Assembly (NCBI GenBank): GCA_036172245.1 | Contig: JAYWIR010000005.1 | Location: 1,736,001 to 1,800,000, forward strand | Reading direction: 5' to 3' | From: Raillietiella orientalis | Taxonomy: Eukaryota | Length of the DNA: 64,000 bases | Part shown: piece by piece, positions 11,760 through 23,699 of the stretch | Position numbering within the stretch: the stretch's first letter is position 1 | Layout of the letters: each line of letters begins with the position of its first letter | Translations under genes and position numbers: made by a program | The notes under the pieces: model-generated | Seen by the model: the letters and a program-made list of their open reading frames with translations, nothing else | Databases searched by the model: none | What the model was told of the DNA's origin: nothing

Positions 11760-12500
11760 GTTTCACTTTCCTTCTCCAATTTTCGCCGTCGCGAAACGCT
11801 GCGGGCGACGGGAGCTACGAGCGCGCTCCCCGTGGTTGAGGACCGCGACCACGAGGTCCCGTGGCTGGAGGGAGGCACAGCGGGTGCGCGGCGCCGCGAT
11901 GGTGGCACCCGAGCCGCTACGAGACTCGCGGGGTGCGTGGAAGAGCGTGACGCTCTTTGTTGTCGGGTCCTCCTCCTCTTGGCGCTGCAACTCTCGAGCG
12001 GTTTTTAGCTGTCTGCGTTCCTTCTTCGTAGACGGCGCACCTGCTCTCCCGTCGAACGGATTCTGTGCACCTCAGAGCTCAGCAAAGGCGCGCCCAAAGT
12101 GCGTTCCTGGAGCCGAGTTCGTCCAAGGACTCACGCAGAGGCTCTTGAGCGACCGCGGCTCGGCGCGCGGACGGGATGCCATTCTTCCTGTTGGAGCTGT
12201 CGCGCCGCTTCGCATGCTGCGCGCACGAGCGCCAAGAGATGGCGATCCGGGGACTTTTCTTCCGTCTCCGACTTCTTGGAAGGTGTTGTCGTGTCCAGGC
12301 CTTCGAGAGGTCCGTAGGAACGGTTTCTGCTGCGCGTATCCCCAGGTACACCTTGGGATGCATTACCTACGCACTGTATGGCGACCGCCGATGTGGAGCC
12401 CTCCCAGTTGCGGCTCTTTTTCTTGTGGTTCACTCCATCGCGCTGCTTCCCACAGTCGGTAGGCGGTGCTTCCGCGTGCGCCTCCTCTTGAAGCTACTGT
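11760..12500 (+). mobile_element. Decayed LINE endonuclease-region fragment (intronic)
   Basis: 11830-11955 is homologous, in inverted orientation, to 13820-13950 (GGTRAATRL in both ORF tracks; CGVAVAAL resembles APE GVAIL). Confidence 0.4.
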
Positions 12501-12642
12501 CCTCGAGCGGCATCAGTTGTCATTACTCCTTGACTCCCGCCACCGTCCCGAAACCCAAGAAACGGGCTTGGCGATCGTCTGGATGCGATCCCGCTCCAAT
12601 CCATCCCCAGGATGCTGATGTCTTTTCTTTGCACCGGTTCAG

Positions 12643-12843
12643 AGTCGCTGAAGATGATCTGCGAGACTCTCCTCATGGTCCTGCAAAACTTGAACCTGCC
12701 CATCGTCTTTCATCAAGGGAAGTTGGCTAAGAGAAGCATTCCTGCTGCAAAGCGGCTGAAGAGCGAGTTTTCCTTGACGACGTTGCAGATGCCGGTGCTC
12801 ACGATGCCCAAGGAGCAGCAGTTTTTCGCGTTGAGGGAAGCAG
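12643..12843 (+). CDS. INPP5F: INPP5F exon (ESLKMICETLLMVLQNLNLPIVFHQGKLAKRS...)
   Basis: Acceptor ggttcag|, donor |gtcagt, 201 nt, phase 1/1. ESLKxIxExL and GKLxKR mark the end of the hSac2 domain. Confidence 0.85.
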
Positions 12844-12928
12844 GTCAGTGCACCCCCCTTCCTTCGAGGAGCAGGGGGCCTCCTCCATCTCGCTCTGGCG
12901 GCTGCGCCGCCACCGCGGTGTGTTTCAG

Positions 12929-13521
12929 GGACCAAGGCCATCAGCAATGTGACTTCCCATCTGGCCAAATTTCACCTGAGCCACTCCCGAACCAAAGACT
13001 CTGTGAGCAGCGGTCAGGAGGAAGAGGAAGTTTCTGCTGCAGCGGCGCCGGAAGTCGGTGGACCGCCGTCTTCGCCGGCTCCTCCCCCCTGCGACCCTCA
13101 TCACGAGGCGTCCCTGCCTTCCTTCTCTGTCAGCATGCACGGCTCCGACTGCTGCCTTGCTCTCAAAGAAGGGTCGCGGGGCGCCTGCGGCTTCCCCGGG
13201 TCCACGCACCTGTCCCCGTCGCGCCCGTATTCCAGTCACTTCACGACCAGCCTGAAGAATTCCCTCAGCGACACCTCGCTCAGGCGGAACCAGGACATCG
13301 AGGGGCAGCCGTTGTCCACCTCCCTGAGGAACCTGGGCAAAGATGCCGTGTTCTCCCCGTTCTCGTATCTGGCCCGAAACGTGAAGAAGAGCATGCAGAC
13401 CATCGGCGCCAACCTGGACATGAGGAAAGGCGGCAGCAGCGACCAGAAGGACCCATCGCCGGCGCCGTCTCCGCTTCATGAGGAAAAGCTTCCGTGCCGA
13501 ACCAGGATAATAAGGCTGTAG
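12929..13521 (+). CDS. INPP5F: INPP5F terminal coding exon, ending FSPFSYLARNV...KLPCRTRIIRL*
   Basis: Acceptor tgtttcag|, open to TAG at 13519-13521. SPF motif and terminal CRTRIIRL match the Sac2 C-terminus (CQTRIIQI in vertebrates). The 10 spliced exons total 1729 nt, about 575 aa. Confidence 0.88.
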
Positions 13522-14139
13522 GCTCCAGGACTCCGGTCTCGGAGATCCCGGAACGCTCGGTGGGAGCGCCAACTCGCCTTCGCGACAAAAACGCCCAGCG
13601 GGCGGGCGGCTCGCGCCCGGCGCATGCGCCGCGCTCCGGAATCCCCGGACGCGACAGCGGTTCGCGGGCATTCGGGGATGTGGAAATAACAACCTGCCTG
13701 GTTCCCGTTGCCATTGCCGACGCCCGGGAGGTCGCTTCAAGGGCGCCGGAGGTATTTTCGGGCTCCTCTCCTGGATCTGACCTGGCCTCAGTTGTCTTCC
13801 GGGCGGTCCAGAAGATTTCCAGAGCCCGCGTCTTCTGCTTTTACACGCACCCAGCCTCGTGGCGGCTCGAGTGCCGCCACTGCGACGCCGCACACCCACC
13901 TACCACGGGACCTCGCGTTCGCGTCCCTCAGCCATGGGAAGCGCGCTTGCAGCGCTTCAGGACGGCCAAGGTTGGAACCTCCGCCGGATCTTGACGATTC
14001 CGTCGAGCCATCGGCGAGGTCCAACCCCTGCGGGCGGACGTCCGAACCGCCTCGGCGCGCTGCGCGAAGGTGCAGCACGCTTTTCCCGTTTTCCCTCATG
14101 TTCGCCTTGCATCCCCCAAAGCCACACGGCCCGCGATGG

Positions 14140-14760
14140 GCGCCGTGCAGCTGCAGCGGCCTCTGCGTTCGCACCGAGCATCGCGGGTTCGAATGCCCAC
14201 GTGGAGGATCGACGCCGAAGACGGGGACCCGTCGTACGTTTCGAGTCCTCCCGGAAGATGACGCTGGTTAGCTTGTAGGCTTCGGATGCGGCCCTGGTGG
14301 AAGGTGGATATTTCGTTGACCGATCGGGATTGGAAGTTGAGCCTCCGGAGTCCTTCCAGGTATCAGGGAGGCGGTCCTCTGTGGGGTTTCCCTCCGGTTG
14401 TGGAAAAGGAACCGTTACCATGGAGCTGGTTGAGCTCCCCTCGGAGGGGCTGCTCCTCCAGAGTGCTAGAAGTGCGCTGCTCTCTTCAGAGAAATCAGTA
14501 AGTGTACTTTCAGGGTTCTTCTCAGTGAAGGAGCAAACAATGAGCAGTTCCCTGGCGACTGGGTTCTCTTCGGAGAAGAAATTCCGGGAGCGGATCCTTC
14601 CTGGGTTCCCTTAGGAAACGAAGAGTAGCCCCCGCAAACCGGGGAGTCCCTCCGGAAAGAATGAAGTGGTTCCCTTTGGGGTTCCCTTCGGAGACAGCCA
14701 TGCGAACCTGCGCGAAGCGAAAGTGCCGATTCCTCTCGGCGGCCTCTTCTCCGAAGGCAC
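14140..14760 (+). mobile_element. SINE family copy (head + body)
   Basis: gcatcgcgggttcgaatgcccacgtggaggatcgac head, gggattggaagttga, taccatggagctggttga and gagcggatccttcctgggttccc. Confidence 0.78.
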
Positions 14761-15486
14761 CGTGGCCAGGCGGGCACGTCGGCAGGGTCCGGTGCTTGTC
14801 CTTCAGCCAGAACGCGTGCTGGCGCATCCCAGCCGGTCCCCCGTCAGGGTCGCCGCATGACACGCCAGGAGTGGTCGACTCCTGTCGTGTCCGCGTCGAT
14901 TCCTGAAGCCTCGCCAGAGACGAGCTTCCAACGCGAGCGCTCCAGGTCAGTAGGTCACCATTCTATTCCTCATTCGCCTATTTATGCACGGTCCCTCCTC
15001 CTCTCCCTCCGGTCCTCTTCAGTAGTGTTTCCGGTACGTGTGGGCTCCTTGGTTACAGGCCGACACGTGCCGGTTGCGAGCCGAATTTCCTTTGGTCCAT
15101 TTAAAATACAGACGGCCAGGACGTCCGGGATAGGCAGGTCGCGCCGGGTCGCTTATCGATTCATCTCAGGCGATGATTCCTGGCATTTCAAAGCACGCCT
15201 GGCGGCAGGGCCTGGCCCCTCCCAAACAGTCTATTGTCAATTGGGAAGGGCCAGAGCCCCAAAGCTCCGTCCACCGCGAAAGGGAGCGCTGCAAGAGCAC
15301 TGACAGTATCTCCTACCAATAAACTGACAACACATAGTAGGTCCTACGAGGAGCCACGGAACGACTCGAAAGGCGGACCCCGCTGCCTTACTACGTAGCC
15401 AGGGAGCTCGGCATTGGAAGCGGTGGGAACGAAACAAAACACGAAATAAATAAATGTATATAAAGGGTCTCTTTGGGGAGCAGGAA

Positions 15487-15900
15487 TTTTTCACTTGGTC
15501 ACTCCGTGGCGTTTATTGCGAAAGACATATCGACAAATGGACCATCAAGTATATCAGAAGGCAAGGAAAAAAGAAAGGGAAAAAGTCATTCCTTCTTAGT
15601 GGGGTGACGATCCCCTCACGGCGGCAGATACCCCGGAGGCGCTGACTGCTCGCGAGCAGCTTCCCCGGAGGTCCGCATGATGCGAAAATAGGGAGGGAGG
15701 GAGTAAAAAAAAAAAAAAAATAATGCACACACAAGAAATATCTTCCCTAGAAAGACTGGGGGGTTAGGGACCCTGCTCCGATTCCAGGCGCCCCCTGCAT
15801 CCTCTAGCGGATACCGGAGGTTCCTCTTTGTGTCTGGCCAGGCGGCCCACCTGGACGCGATCCTGAGGAGGAAGTGACCGAAAGGGAGCAACACTGAGGA
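15487..15900 (-). mobile_element. LINE 3' end (ORF2 C-terminus, T-rich 3'UTR, terminal motif)
   Basis: LLRIASRW tail homologous to LMRTAARW/FIRTTARW of other copies. Terminal aataaacgccacggagtgaccaagtgaaaaa at 15517-15487. Confidence 0.65.
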
Positions 15901-15903
15901 AGA

Positions 15904-16850
15904 ATGCCGCCGTCCCGCGGAAGCAGCGGAGATCTGCGACCGCCGATGATAACGTCGTCATTGCTCCCCACGCGATCTCTGGGTCTGCACACCGGCAAGT
16001 GGAGGACCGTTCCGAAACGTGACCAGGTCAGCCGCAGGCACCCCAGCCATCTGTCAGATGTGGGAGGGATTTCTACTCCTTCCGCGGATCTTCCAGCACC
16101 CTCACTACCGCTATTTCGCGACCGCCTCCCTCCCCAGATCCGCCTCCGTGGCTCCCGCACTGGCAACCTCGTCACGCGGGCGGTCACCGAACAGCCGACG
16201 GCGCGCATTCAGCCACCGCCGTTTCGGCGGGCTCGCAGGCGCACGGTTGGAGGGGCGAGGTGGAGGGGAGTAAGCGGGTTGCTCCAGCAGGAGGGGTCCT
16301 CTTGGTCCTCTCGGTCCTCTCGCCCTATCGGGTGGCTGTCGGATGGACGGCAGGAAGCCCGGCGTCACGTCGTCGCTTCTCGAGGTCGAGGGTCGTGTTC
16401 CTCCCGGCTTTGCTCCCCCGCAAGGTCCAATGACGCCCGCACCTTCGCGTCGCTCTGCTTCCGGGACCTTGTTCGTCTTCCTTCTCCTCTCGATTGACGG
16501 CGAAGGTGCTCTCTGCTCGCGAGCACTGGCTCCAGGGAGGCAATCCCGCCCTCCAGGATATGCAGCAGCTCTCGTTTTGCCTGTCTGATGGGAACGTGCG
16601 TGCTCCCTTGAAACTGGTCCTGATGAAAGAAGCCGGGCGCGGTCGGTCGACCGCTGTTGCCGCCTGCGTTCTTTCGGCTGAGCAGCGCGGCAAAGAGGAT
16701 CCTCCACTAAATCCGGGCGTCTTCTCAAGGACGCCAGAACCTCCCTCGCATCGGCAGATGCGAAGTGATGGAGAGGAGAGGCAGGAGACATATGGCCGGT
16801 CCTTCGCTCGCGCGATTTCAGCATCAGGAAAAATGGGAAGACGCTAAATC
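15904..16850 (+). mobile_element. Decayed LINE ORF2 endonuclease/linker fragment
   Basis: GGARWRGVSGLLQQE (GxWKLNxSLL-like) and SAREHWLQGGNP (RSRxxWLxEGE-like), motifs typical of L1/Tx1 ORF2. Confidence 0.5.
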
Positions 16851-17177
16851 CAGAGTGCGGGGAGCGAGGCCATTGACGGCTCGCGCTGCTGCAGCAGTTT
16901 CCCCGCAGCTCCCAAAATGAGCGACGCCCATAAATCTCAGCAAAGAGCCTGAGTCGAATCGTCCGACGGAGGACCTCAGTTCAAGGTCCAGTGATATGCG
17001 AGCCCCCACCAAGGGGGTGACGGGTGAGTTCGGGCGGTCCGCTCTTCGGTCACCTCTTCCTCGCTTCCTTCGGGGTGGGAAAGAGAAGAGCCCGTGGCTC
17101 CTAAAGGACGTCCTGCTTTGGCGGCGACCTTGAGGTGCTGCGATCTCCGCACTCGGGGCTCGAATCCCGCCCGGGGA

Positions 17178-18383
17178 AGGATCGACGTCGAGAACGAGCG
17201 GGAGGGGGCTCGTGGGTTTCGATTCCCTCCGCAAGCTGACGCTGGTTGGCCTATATTCGGATGCGGCACCAGTTGGCACCAGGTCACTCCGGGACGTTTA
17301 TTTATTAAAAATAAACAGACACGTCTGTAGCAGGCTGTCTGATCCTGTTCCACATTACCTATAACTACGAGGAACAACCTGCCGGGAACTGGCACGCGGC
17401 CCAACCGAGTTCAGCTCGATAGTACAGGGGAAGGGGAGACAAAAAAAAATGGAATAAAACAAAAAACATACAGTCAAAAAAATGGGGGAGTTCGGGAAGG
17501 AATCACCGTGTGTGCTGGAGGGTGTCGTCCGCATCCTTGTAGGGATGCCGCCAAGTTCTTGTTTCAAGACTCTCAGATGGGATCATCTTGACGCTGTCTT
17601 CATGAAGCAGAATAGATGACGTCCCTGTCGTTGTGGTCTGGTCCGGCGTTGTTGCTCCATGTAGCCACGGTCCCGCCGCGTAGGCAGCAAAGTGCTGTTA
17701 GGGATGCAGAGTCGTGGAGGAGTCGCGCAGAAAGAGGCGCTCAAGAACGTCTCTGGGGTTGTCCTCGGAGGTTCCAAGAGTCGCGTCAAGGCGTCCTCAA
17801 AGGGACCGGAGGGCAACACAGTCCACTAAGAGGTGCGGGAAGGATTCTCGCTCCCCGTACCTTGCACAGTTTGGGTTCACACACACCACCGTCCCACAGA
17901 TGTCAGCGGGCGTTGCACGGGAGACCCCAATGCAGCAGCATCAATGACGACTCCTGCCACTTTAAGGGGAGGGTGCGGGTGTTCATGAGCGCTGGGGACC
18001 ACTGCAGGTCTTCCTCCAGAATATCCAGTAGCACGCCCCGGCGCGAAAGTCCATAAGGTCGAGCAATCGCGGTCACAGCATCGGTGAGCTGGACCGTCAT
18101 CCACTCACCCAGTCCTTTCCTTCTTCCGGAGATTTCCACAGTGACCTCCCATCTAGTCACGAAGCTGCTGCTCATGTACTCCCTCAAGGAGGGCAGCACG
18201 GCGGCGAGGAAGGTTCTGCTTGCCCACGCACTCTTCGCGGGATCTTCCAGGATTTCCTGGAGCGTGCAGTTGTTGTTACGCGCGTACGAGGAACGTCGCA
18301 CCTGTTCCCGCTTGGCTCCTGGATTCTCGCTTGCGCGCGAACGATTTCCTGCAACTGGGCGCTACCGTCCGCGGGACAGCGCG
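17178..18383 (-). repeat. Left arm of ~1.2 kb near-perfect inverted duplication (LINE 3' end + SINE head piece)
   Basis: Reverse complement of 22269-23474. ORF-track peptides are identical (e.g. 17903..18301- equals 22351..22749+). Confidence 0.95.
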
Positions 18384-18579
18384 AGATCCATCCGTTTTGC
18401 CTCGCCAGCGTGGCCATCTGCCGCAGGTGCAGTCCGCAATGTATGAGGCTGCGTGGACGGTGTGCAAGGAAGGACGCGAGTCTCACGCTGCCGGTGGCTT
18501 GCTGGAGTAGGGGGCGTGCAGGTTGGTACCAGGTGGGGCAGCACTGGTGAAAGCCGGAAACACTGGGATGCTCCGTTGA

Positions 18580-18830
18580 CTGGCTGGGACTGAAAACTGA
18601 CCCTCCACGGTCCTTTCAAGAATCGAGGAGCCGTTCGGGGTTCCTCTCTGGTGGTGAAAAGGGAGCCACCCTACCATGGAGCTAGTTGGCAATCCCAGGA
18701 AGGGTCGCCTCTCCAGAGTGTCAGGAAGCGCACTGCCCCCTTCGAGGTTCCTCCCAAGCACAAGAGGAACGGACTCCTTCCTCCTCCGGAGCCTTCCTGG
18801 ATTCGTAAGGTGTTCTTCCCCCGGAGGTTG
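18580..18830 (+). mobile_element. SINE body fragment
   Basis: taccatggagctagttg...cgcctctccagagtg...gaggaacggactccttcctcctccggagccttcctggattc. Confidence 0.7.
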
Positions 18831-19299
18831 TCCCGAGGTTGAAGTCAGGTCCTTTTCAAGCCCCCGAGAAGGACCCCGTAGACCCTTCAGGAAGAAAGGA
18901 CCGTTGCATCCGGTCCCCTCTTCCGGGAGAGCCCCTCACCGTGACTGCGGCGAGGCCACCAGCAGTCCTGACTCGCGTGACTCCTGCAAAGCCAAGAGAC
19001 CTTCGAGAGTGGACAGACTGGGATGTGCTCAGATTGAGGGAACCCTGGAGTTCCTGCCAGTGGCTCTGGATGAAGAGTGGGATGAATTATGACAATAGTG
19101 CTGTTTTCCCGTAGCCGGTCTGACAGCCGAAGGGGGATCTTTTGTTGCAAAGATGAAGATCGATTACTTCGCAAGGAAAACGAGGACTGCCAAAGAATGG
19201 CGCAGATTAATGACGAGGCCGAAACAAGCAAACAGACAAACAAATCCGAATCCACGGATGGACGGGCACTTTGAAGGACAATGGGATTAATAACAACTC

Positions 19300-22200
19300 G
19301 AGAAGGCAGGCGGGAGGCAGATGAGTTGCCTGAAGTGCACGGACCGGGATTGAAATCTCGAAGAGACCACGGAGGATGCTACTCTGCTGGAAGGTTGCCT
19401 GGCGCCACTCTCGCCACCATCGAACCACCCAGTCGCACGACAGCCCACCACACTCATGGGCTGTCGGGCGATTCGAAGCGCTCGGCTCGTCCAGCGGAGC
19501 CTTCGTCGGTCGGTCGGCAGCCTCGACACGAAGGCCACCACCTCGCCATTCACACTCGCCCCGCTTCAATCAGTCGTGGGTCCGAGTCCACGGGTCTTCA
19601 TCTCGCGTTGCGATCCGTTTAACCAAGGAAAAAGGGGAGGGGAGAGGGAAGCCAATCCAACGACCTCCGCGGTGGGTGTCTTGCTGCATGACGACGCAAG
19701 GAGACCGCGAGCATGTGGCCCTCGCGCGACCCGCGAGGGTTCCGTCTGGGATGGGGTCCGCCCTCGAACCACTTTATCTCCGGACCCGCTCGCTGCAACT
19801 CTCTGCTCGTGAGGCGTAATCCATCTTCCGCAGCCGTCTTTGCAGTGATCTAGAGTAGAGAAAGCCGCTAGGAAGAAATCCGGTCGATCTCCTGCGCTGG
19901 TCGAAAAGCTGCAGGCTTCCTGGAAAGACGTGGTTCTTCTCATGGGAACAGAACACATCCAGATCTCCTTTTTTTTTTTTCTTGTTTGCCTCGTGGGGAT
20001 CCGTGGACATCATGCGATGCAGAGCCAATGGCCCGCATCCATCTGGGGGCACCTATGCGCGCGCTCCTTTCGGAGGCCGTCCGTCGTGCTCCCAGCCTTT
20101 TATTTTGGCAACCCGATCTTCCGCAGTGGCTGCCGCGGCCTCCGGCGACTTCGAACCGGTAGTTCGACTGTCCGCGCGTTCCCGTTCCGCCGCAACCATC
20201 CTTCTCGGACTTCCCGTTACCGTTCCCATCCCTGGAGGAAGTCTCGAGGACCCCACTAGATTTCTCTGTTTATGCCGATGTCGAAGACTGGACCGTACCG
20301 ATCACTGGACCGTGCTACTATGGGGCATGACATGGAGTCCGAGGGCGCTGAGGCAGGTAGACGGACGGTCGGAAGGCCGCCGGAGTCACTCGAAGCTGCC
20401 ATCGGCAGGAGAATCTGAAATATCTCGTACCTTCTAGTTGGATACATAGGCGGTCAACTGCGCCAGGCCAAGACCGAGAAGCAAAAGAAGGTCCCCAGAG
20501 ATCCCGGATGCACAAATCGGTCGCAGCGAGGGAGGGTGGAACCATCGAGCGGCTGGTGGCTCCCTCTCCTTCCGGGAAGCCGGAGGCCGTCGAAGCAGTT
20601 GGAAAAGAAGCGTCCTGTCCCGTAAAACGATTGGCTAGGGAGCTCTTTTATGAGATGACCCCGAACTCTTTCGCACTTTGAATGGGAAAGAACAGGCAGC
20701 AGTTCGCATACGACAAGAATGGTCCTTCATCTTGGGAGACTCAGGCTTGCTCGCCTCCGGAATTCCGTCTTCTGTGATCGTTTGTTCCCGTTCTGTACGT
20801 GAAGGAGACGGCACCTCATCCCGACCTCCTTTTGGCGCGCTGACGGACTTGCTGCTTGAGTGGCTACGGCGTTCTGCAGAAGAGGAACCGAGGCGTGAAA
20901 GCTCTCCACACGATGGAGAAGGTCGCGCGCTCGACGCAGGGCGCTAGGAAGAAGGGGTGTCCTTGACCACGGAGCTCCCAGACCCAGGGACGTTGGAACA
21001 CTTCCTGTCCGCCGCACACAAGTCCGATCGAATCTCCCTCTTGCCTGCACGCGCACGCCCTACCTGGGATGAGGCCGAACGGGTGCACAGGAGGCGCGGA
21101 GCGCGGCACATCAGCCGCTGTGCCTGACTTAGGGCTGCGGCTGTAGGGAGACTTGTGAACCAAGTGGAGAGGTCGCAAGCGACGGGATCTAGTGGCCTCC
21201 GGACGCCCAATTTCGCTCCTTTTCTGGGGTGACTGAAGCCGCGAGAGCAGTTCGGAAGCTAAAGGTGCGTTTCCGGTCGGCCTCTCTCGCTGCTAGGACT
21301 GCAGAATTTTGCTCTGCAGAGATTTATCTCAGCGGTGTCTGAGGATATGTCAGCAGCGTCCTCAGTGTCGGGCCTTCCCGATTGCTGCTCGCGAACTCTT
21401 GCGCTATCAGAGACCACGCCGACCATGGGTCCCCAGTACTGTAGAGCTGCGAGGAGTCTGGGAAGGATGCAAAGATCTCCAGTTCACAGCGCCTTGAGCC
21501 GGGTGCCAAGACTGGAGACCGTGGAGAGACCCTTGGACGCAAGAGGCAAGAAGATCCTTCAGACGTCCTTATTCCTCATTGGTGACCCCATTCGACGCAA
21601 CCATGGCGCTCCGTTTCTTTCCCAATACCACGGATGCCACACGAACCAAAGAGCATGGCATCGAAGCGCTTGATGATTCCGTCTTCGCAATCCAGCGTCA
21701 GGGAAAGACAGCGGTCCGCCCTGTCTCGGCTGGGCTGCAAGATGGCGACTCCATTCCCATAGCGGTTGCTTGATAACCCTCCTCTTGGTACCAAGTTCCC
21801 TAAACTCGTATGCTTGCAGACCACCGTGACTCGCAAGGTTCCACCCTTGCAACGCAGGACATGCCGATCTGGGAGCAACTAAATCCTTGCCTTCAGGCTG
21901 AAATGCTGTTCAGATGAGATGCAACGCAGATTCCATGGAGCGATTCCGAACTAAAACCAGACTTGCTGCATCAGACGGGTGGCCATCACCACGAAGGTGT
22001 CATGCCCATTGCAGCATTCTGCCGCTGCGCCGGATGGCGCGTATCCGGAACGCTAAGGATCCCGAGGAGGGAAGCAAGAGGTATTAGGAAGGTGCTGACA
22101 AAAAGCGGCCATCGAAAGATACACCTTCACAACAGGAGGGAACCCCCGAAGGACTCGTCGATCCTTTAGAGGACCACGGAGGGCCAAATTTCAAATCCCA

Positions 22201-23375
22201 AACAGCTGACGAAGGCATCCGGTTTCTGACTTCCGCCAGTGCCGCACACAGGAATAACGGAAGACTCTTGCGCCGTCCCGCGGACGATAGCGCCCAGTTG
22301 CAGAAAATCGTTCGCACGCAAGCGAGAATCCAGGAGCCAAGCGGGAACAGGTGCGACGTTCCTCATACGCGCGTAACAACAACTGCACGCTCCAGGAAAT
22401 CCTGGAAGATCCCGCGAAGAGTGCGTGGGCAAGCAGAACCTTCCTCGCCGCCGTGCTGCCCTCCTTGAGGGAGTACATGAGCAGCAGCTTCGTGACTAGA
22501 TGGGAGGTCACTGTGGAAATCTCCGGAAGAAGGAAAGGACTGGGTGAGTGGATGACGGTCCAGCTCACCGATGCTGTGACCGCGATTGCTCGACCTTATG
22601 GACTTTCGCGCCGGGGCGTGCTACTGGATATTCTGGAGGAAGACCTGCAGTGGTCCCCAGCGCTCATGAACACCCGCACCCTCCCCTTAAAGTGGCAGGA
22701 GTCGTCATTGATGCTGCTGCATTGGGGTCTCCCGTGCAACGCCCGCTGACATCTGTGGGACGGTGGTGTGTGTGAACCCAAACTGTGCAAGGTACGGGGA
22801 GCGAGAATCCTTCCCGCACCTCTTAGTGGACTGTGTTGCCCTCCGGTCCCTTTGAGGACGCCTTGACGCGACTCTTGGAACCTCCGAGGACGACCCCAGA
22901 GACGTTCTTGAGCGCCTCTTTCTGCGCGACTCCTCCACGACTCTGCATCCCTAACAGCACTTTGCTGCCTACGCGGCGGGACCGTGGCTACATGGAGCAA
23001 CAACGCCGGACCAGACCACAACGACAGGGACGTCATCTATTCTGCTTCATGAAGACAGCGTCAAGATGATCCCATCTGAGAGTCTTGAAACAAGAACTTG
23101 GCGGCATCCCTACAAGGATGCGGACGACACCCTCCAGCACACACGGTGATTCCTTCCCGAACTCCCCCATTTTTTTGACTGTATGTTTTTTGTTTTATTC
23201 CATTTTTTTTTGTCTCCCCTTCCCCTGTACTATCGAGCTGAACTCGGTTGGGCCGCGTGCCAGTTCCCGGCAGGTTGTTCCTCGTAGTTATAGGTAATGT
23301 GGAACAGGATCAGACAGCCTGCTACAGACGTGTCTGTTTATTTTTAATAAATAAACGTCCCGGAGTGACCTGGTG
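19300..23375 (+). mobile_element. Near full-length decayed L1/Tx1-type LINE (ORF1 remnant, APE, RT, CCHC, 3'UTR)
   Basis: Motifs in correct order: SGDFE (~20140), RRLDR (~20285), WLRRSAEE (~20860), QATGSSG...FW (~21180), PFDAT (~21590), SAGLQDGDSIP (~21730), LLHWGLPCNAR and PNCARYGERESFPHLLVDC (~22715-22835), T-rich UTR, terminal motif 23346-23375. Many stops and frameshifts. Confidence 0.75.
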
Positions 23376-23474
23376 CCAACTGGTGCCGCATCCGAATATA
23401 GGCCAACCAGCGTCAGCTTGCGGAGGGAATCGAAACCCACGAGCCCCCTCCCGCTCGTTCTCGACGTCGATCCT
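22269..23474 (+). repeat. Right arm of ~1.2 kb inverted duplication
   Basis: Reverse complement of 17178-18383. Confidence 0.95.
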
Positions 23475-23699
23475 CCACGTGGGGAATGCAAATCTGCAAA
23501 GTTTGGTACTACTCGCGGAGGCCTCAGCCACACGGTCGCCAACGTGGGCACTGGCATCGCTCTGATCAAGACAAGCCCAAACGCCAGAGATGCCGGCGGG
23601 GGTTTCCCCCTCGTCCACGGCCGTATCTATTCCATCGCCTCCCGCCGCGAGGCCTGCAGCTGACTTTCTACCTATGAAAACATTCCACTCTGGCTACGA

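Noticed and set aside
17178..23474. 1.2-kb arms as TIRs of a DNA transposon or Polinton
   Set aside because: The arms are LINE 3' sequence continuous with the internal LINE; there is no transposase, integrase or TSD.
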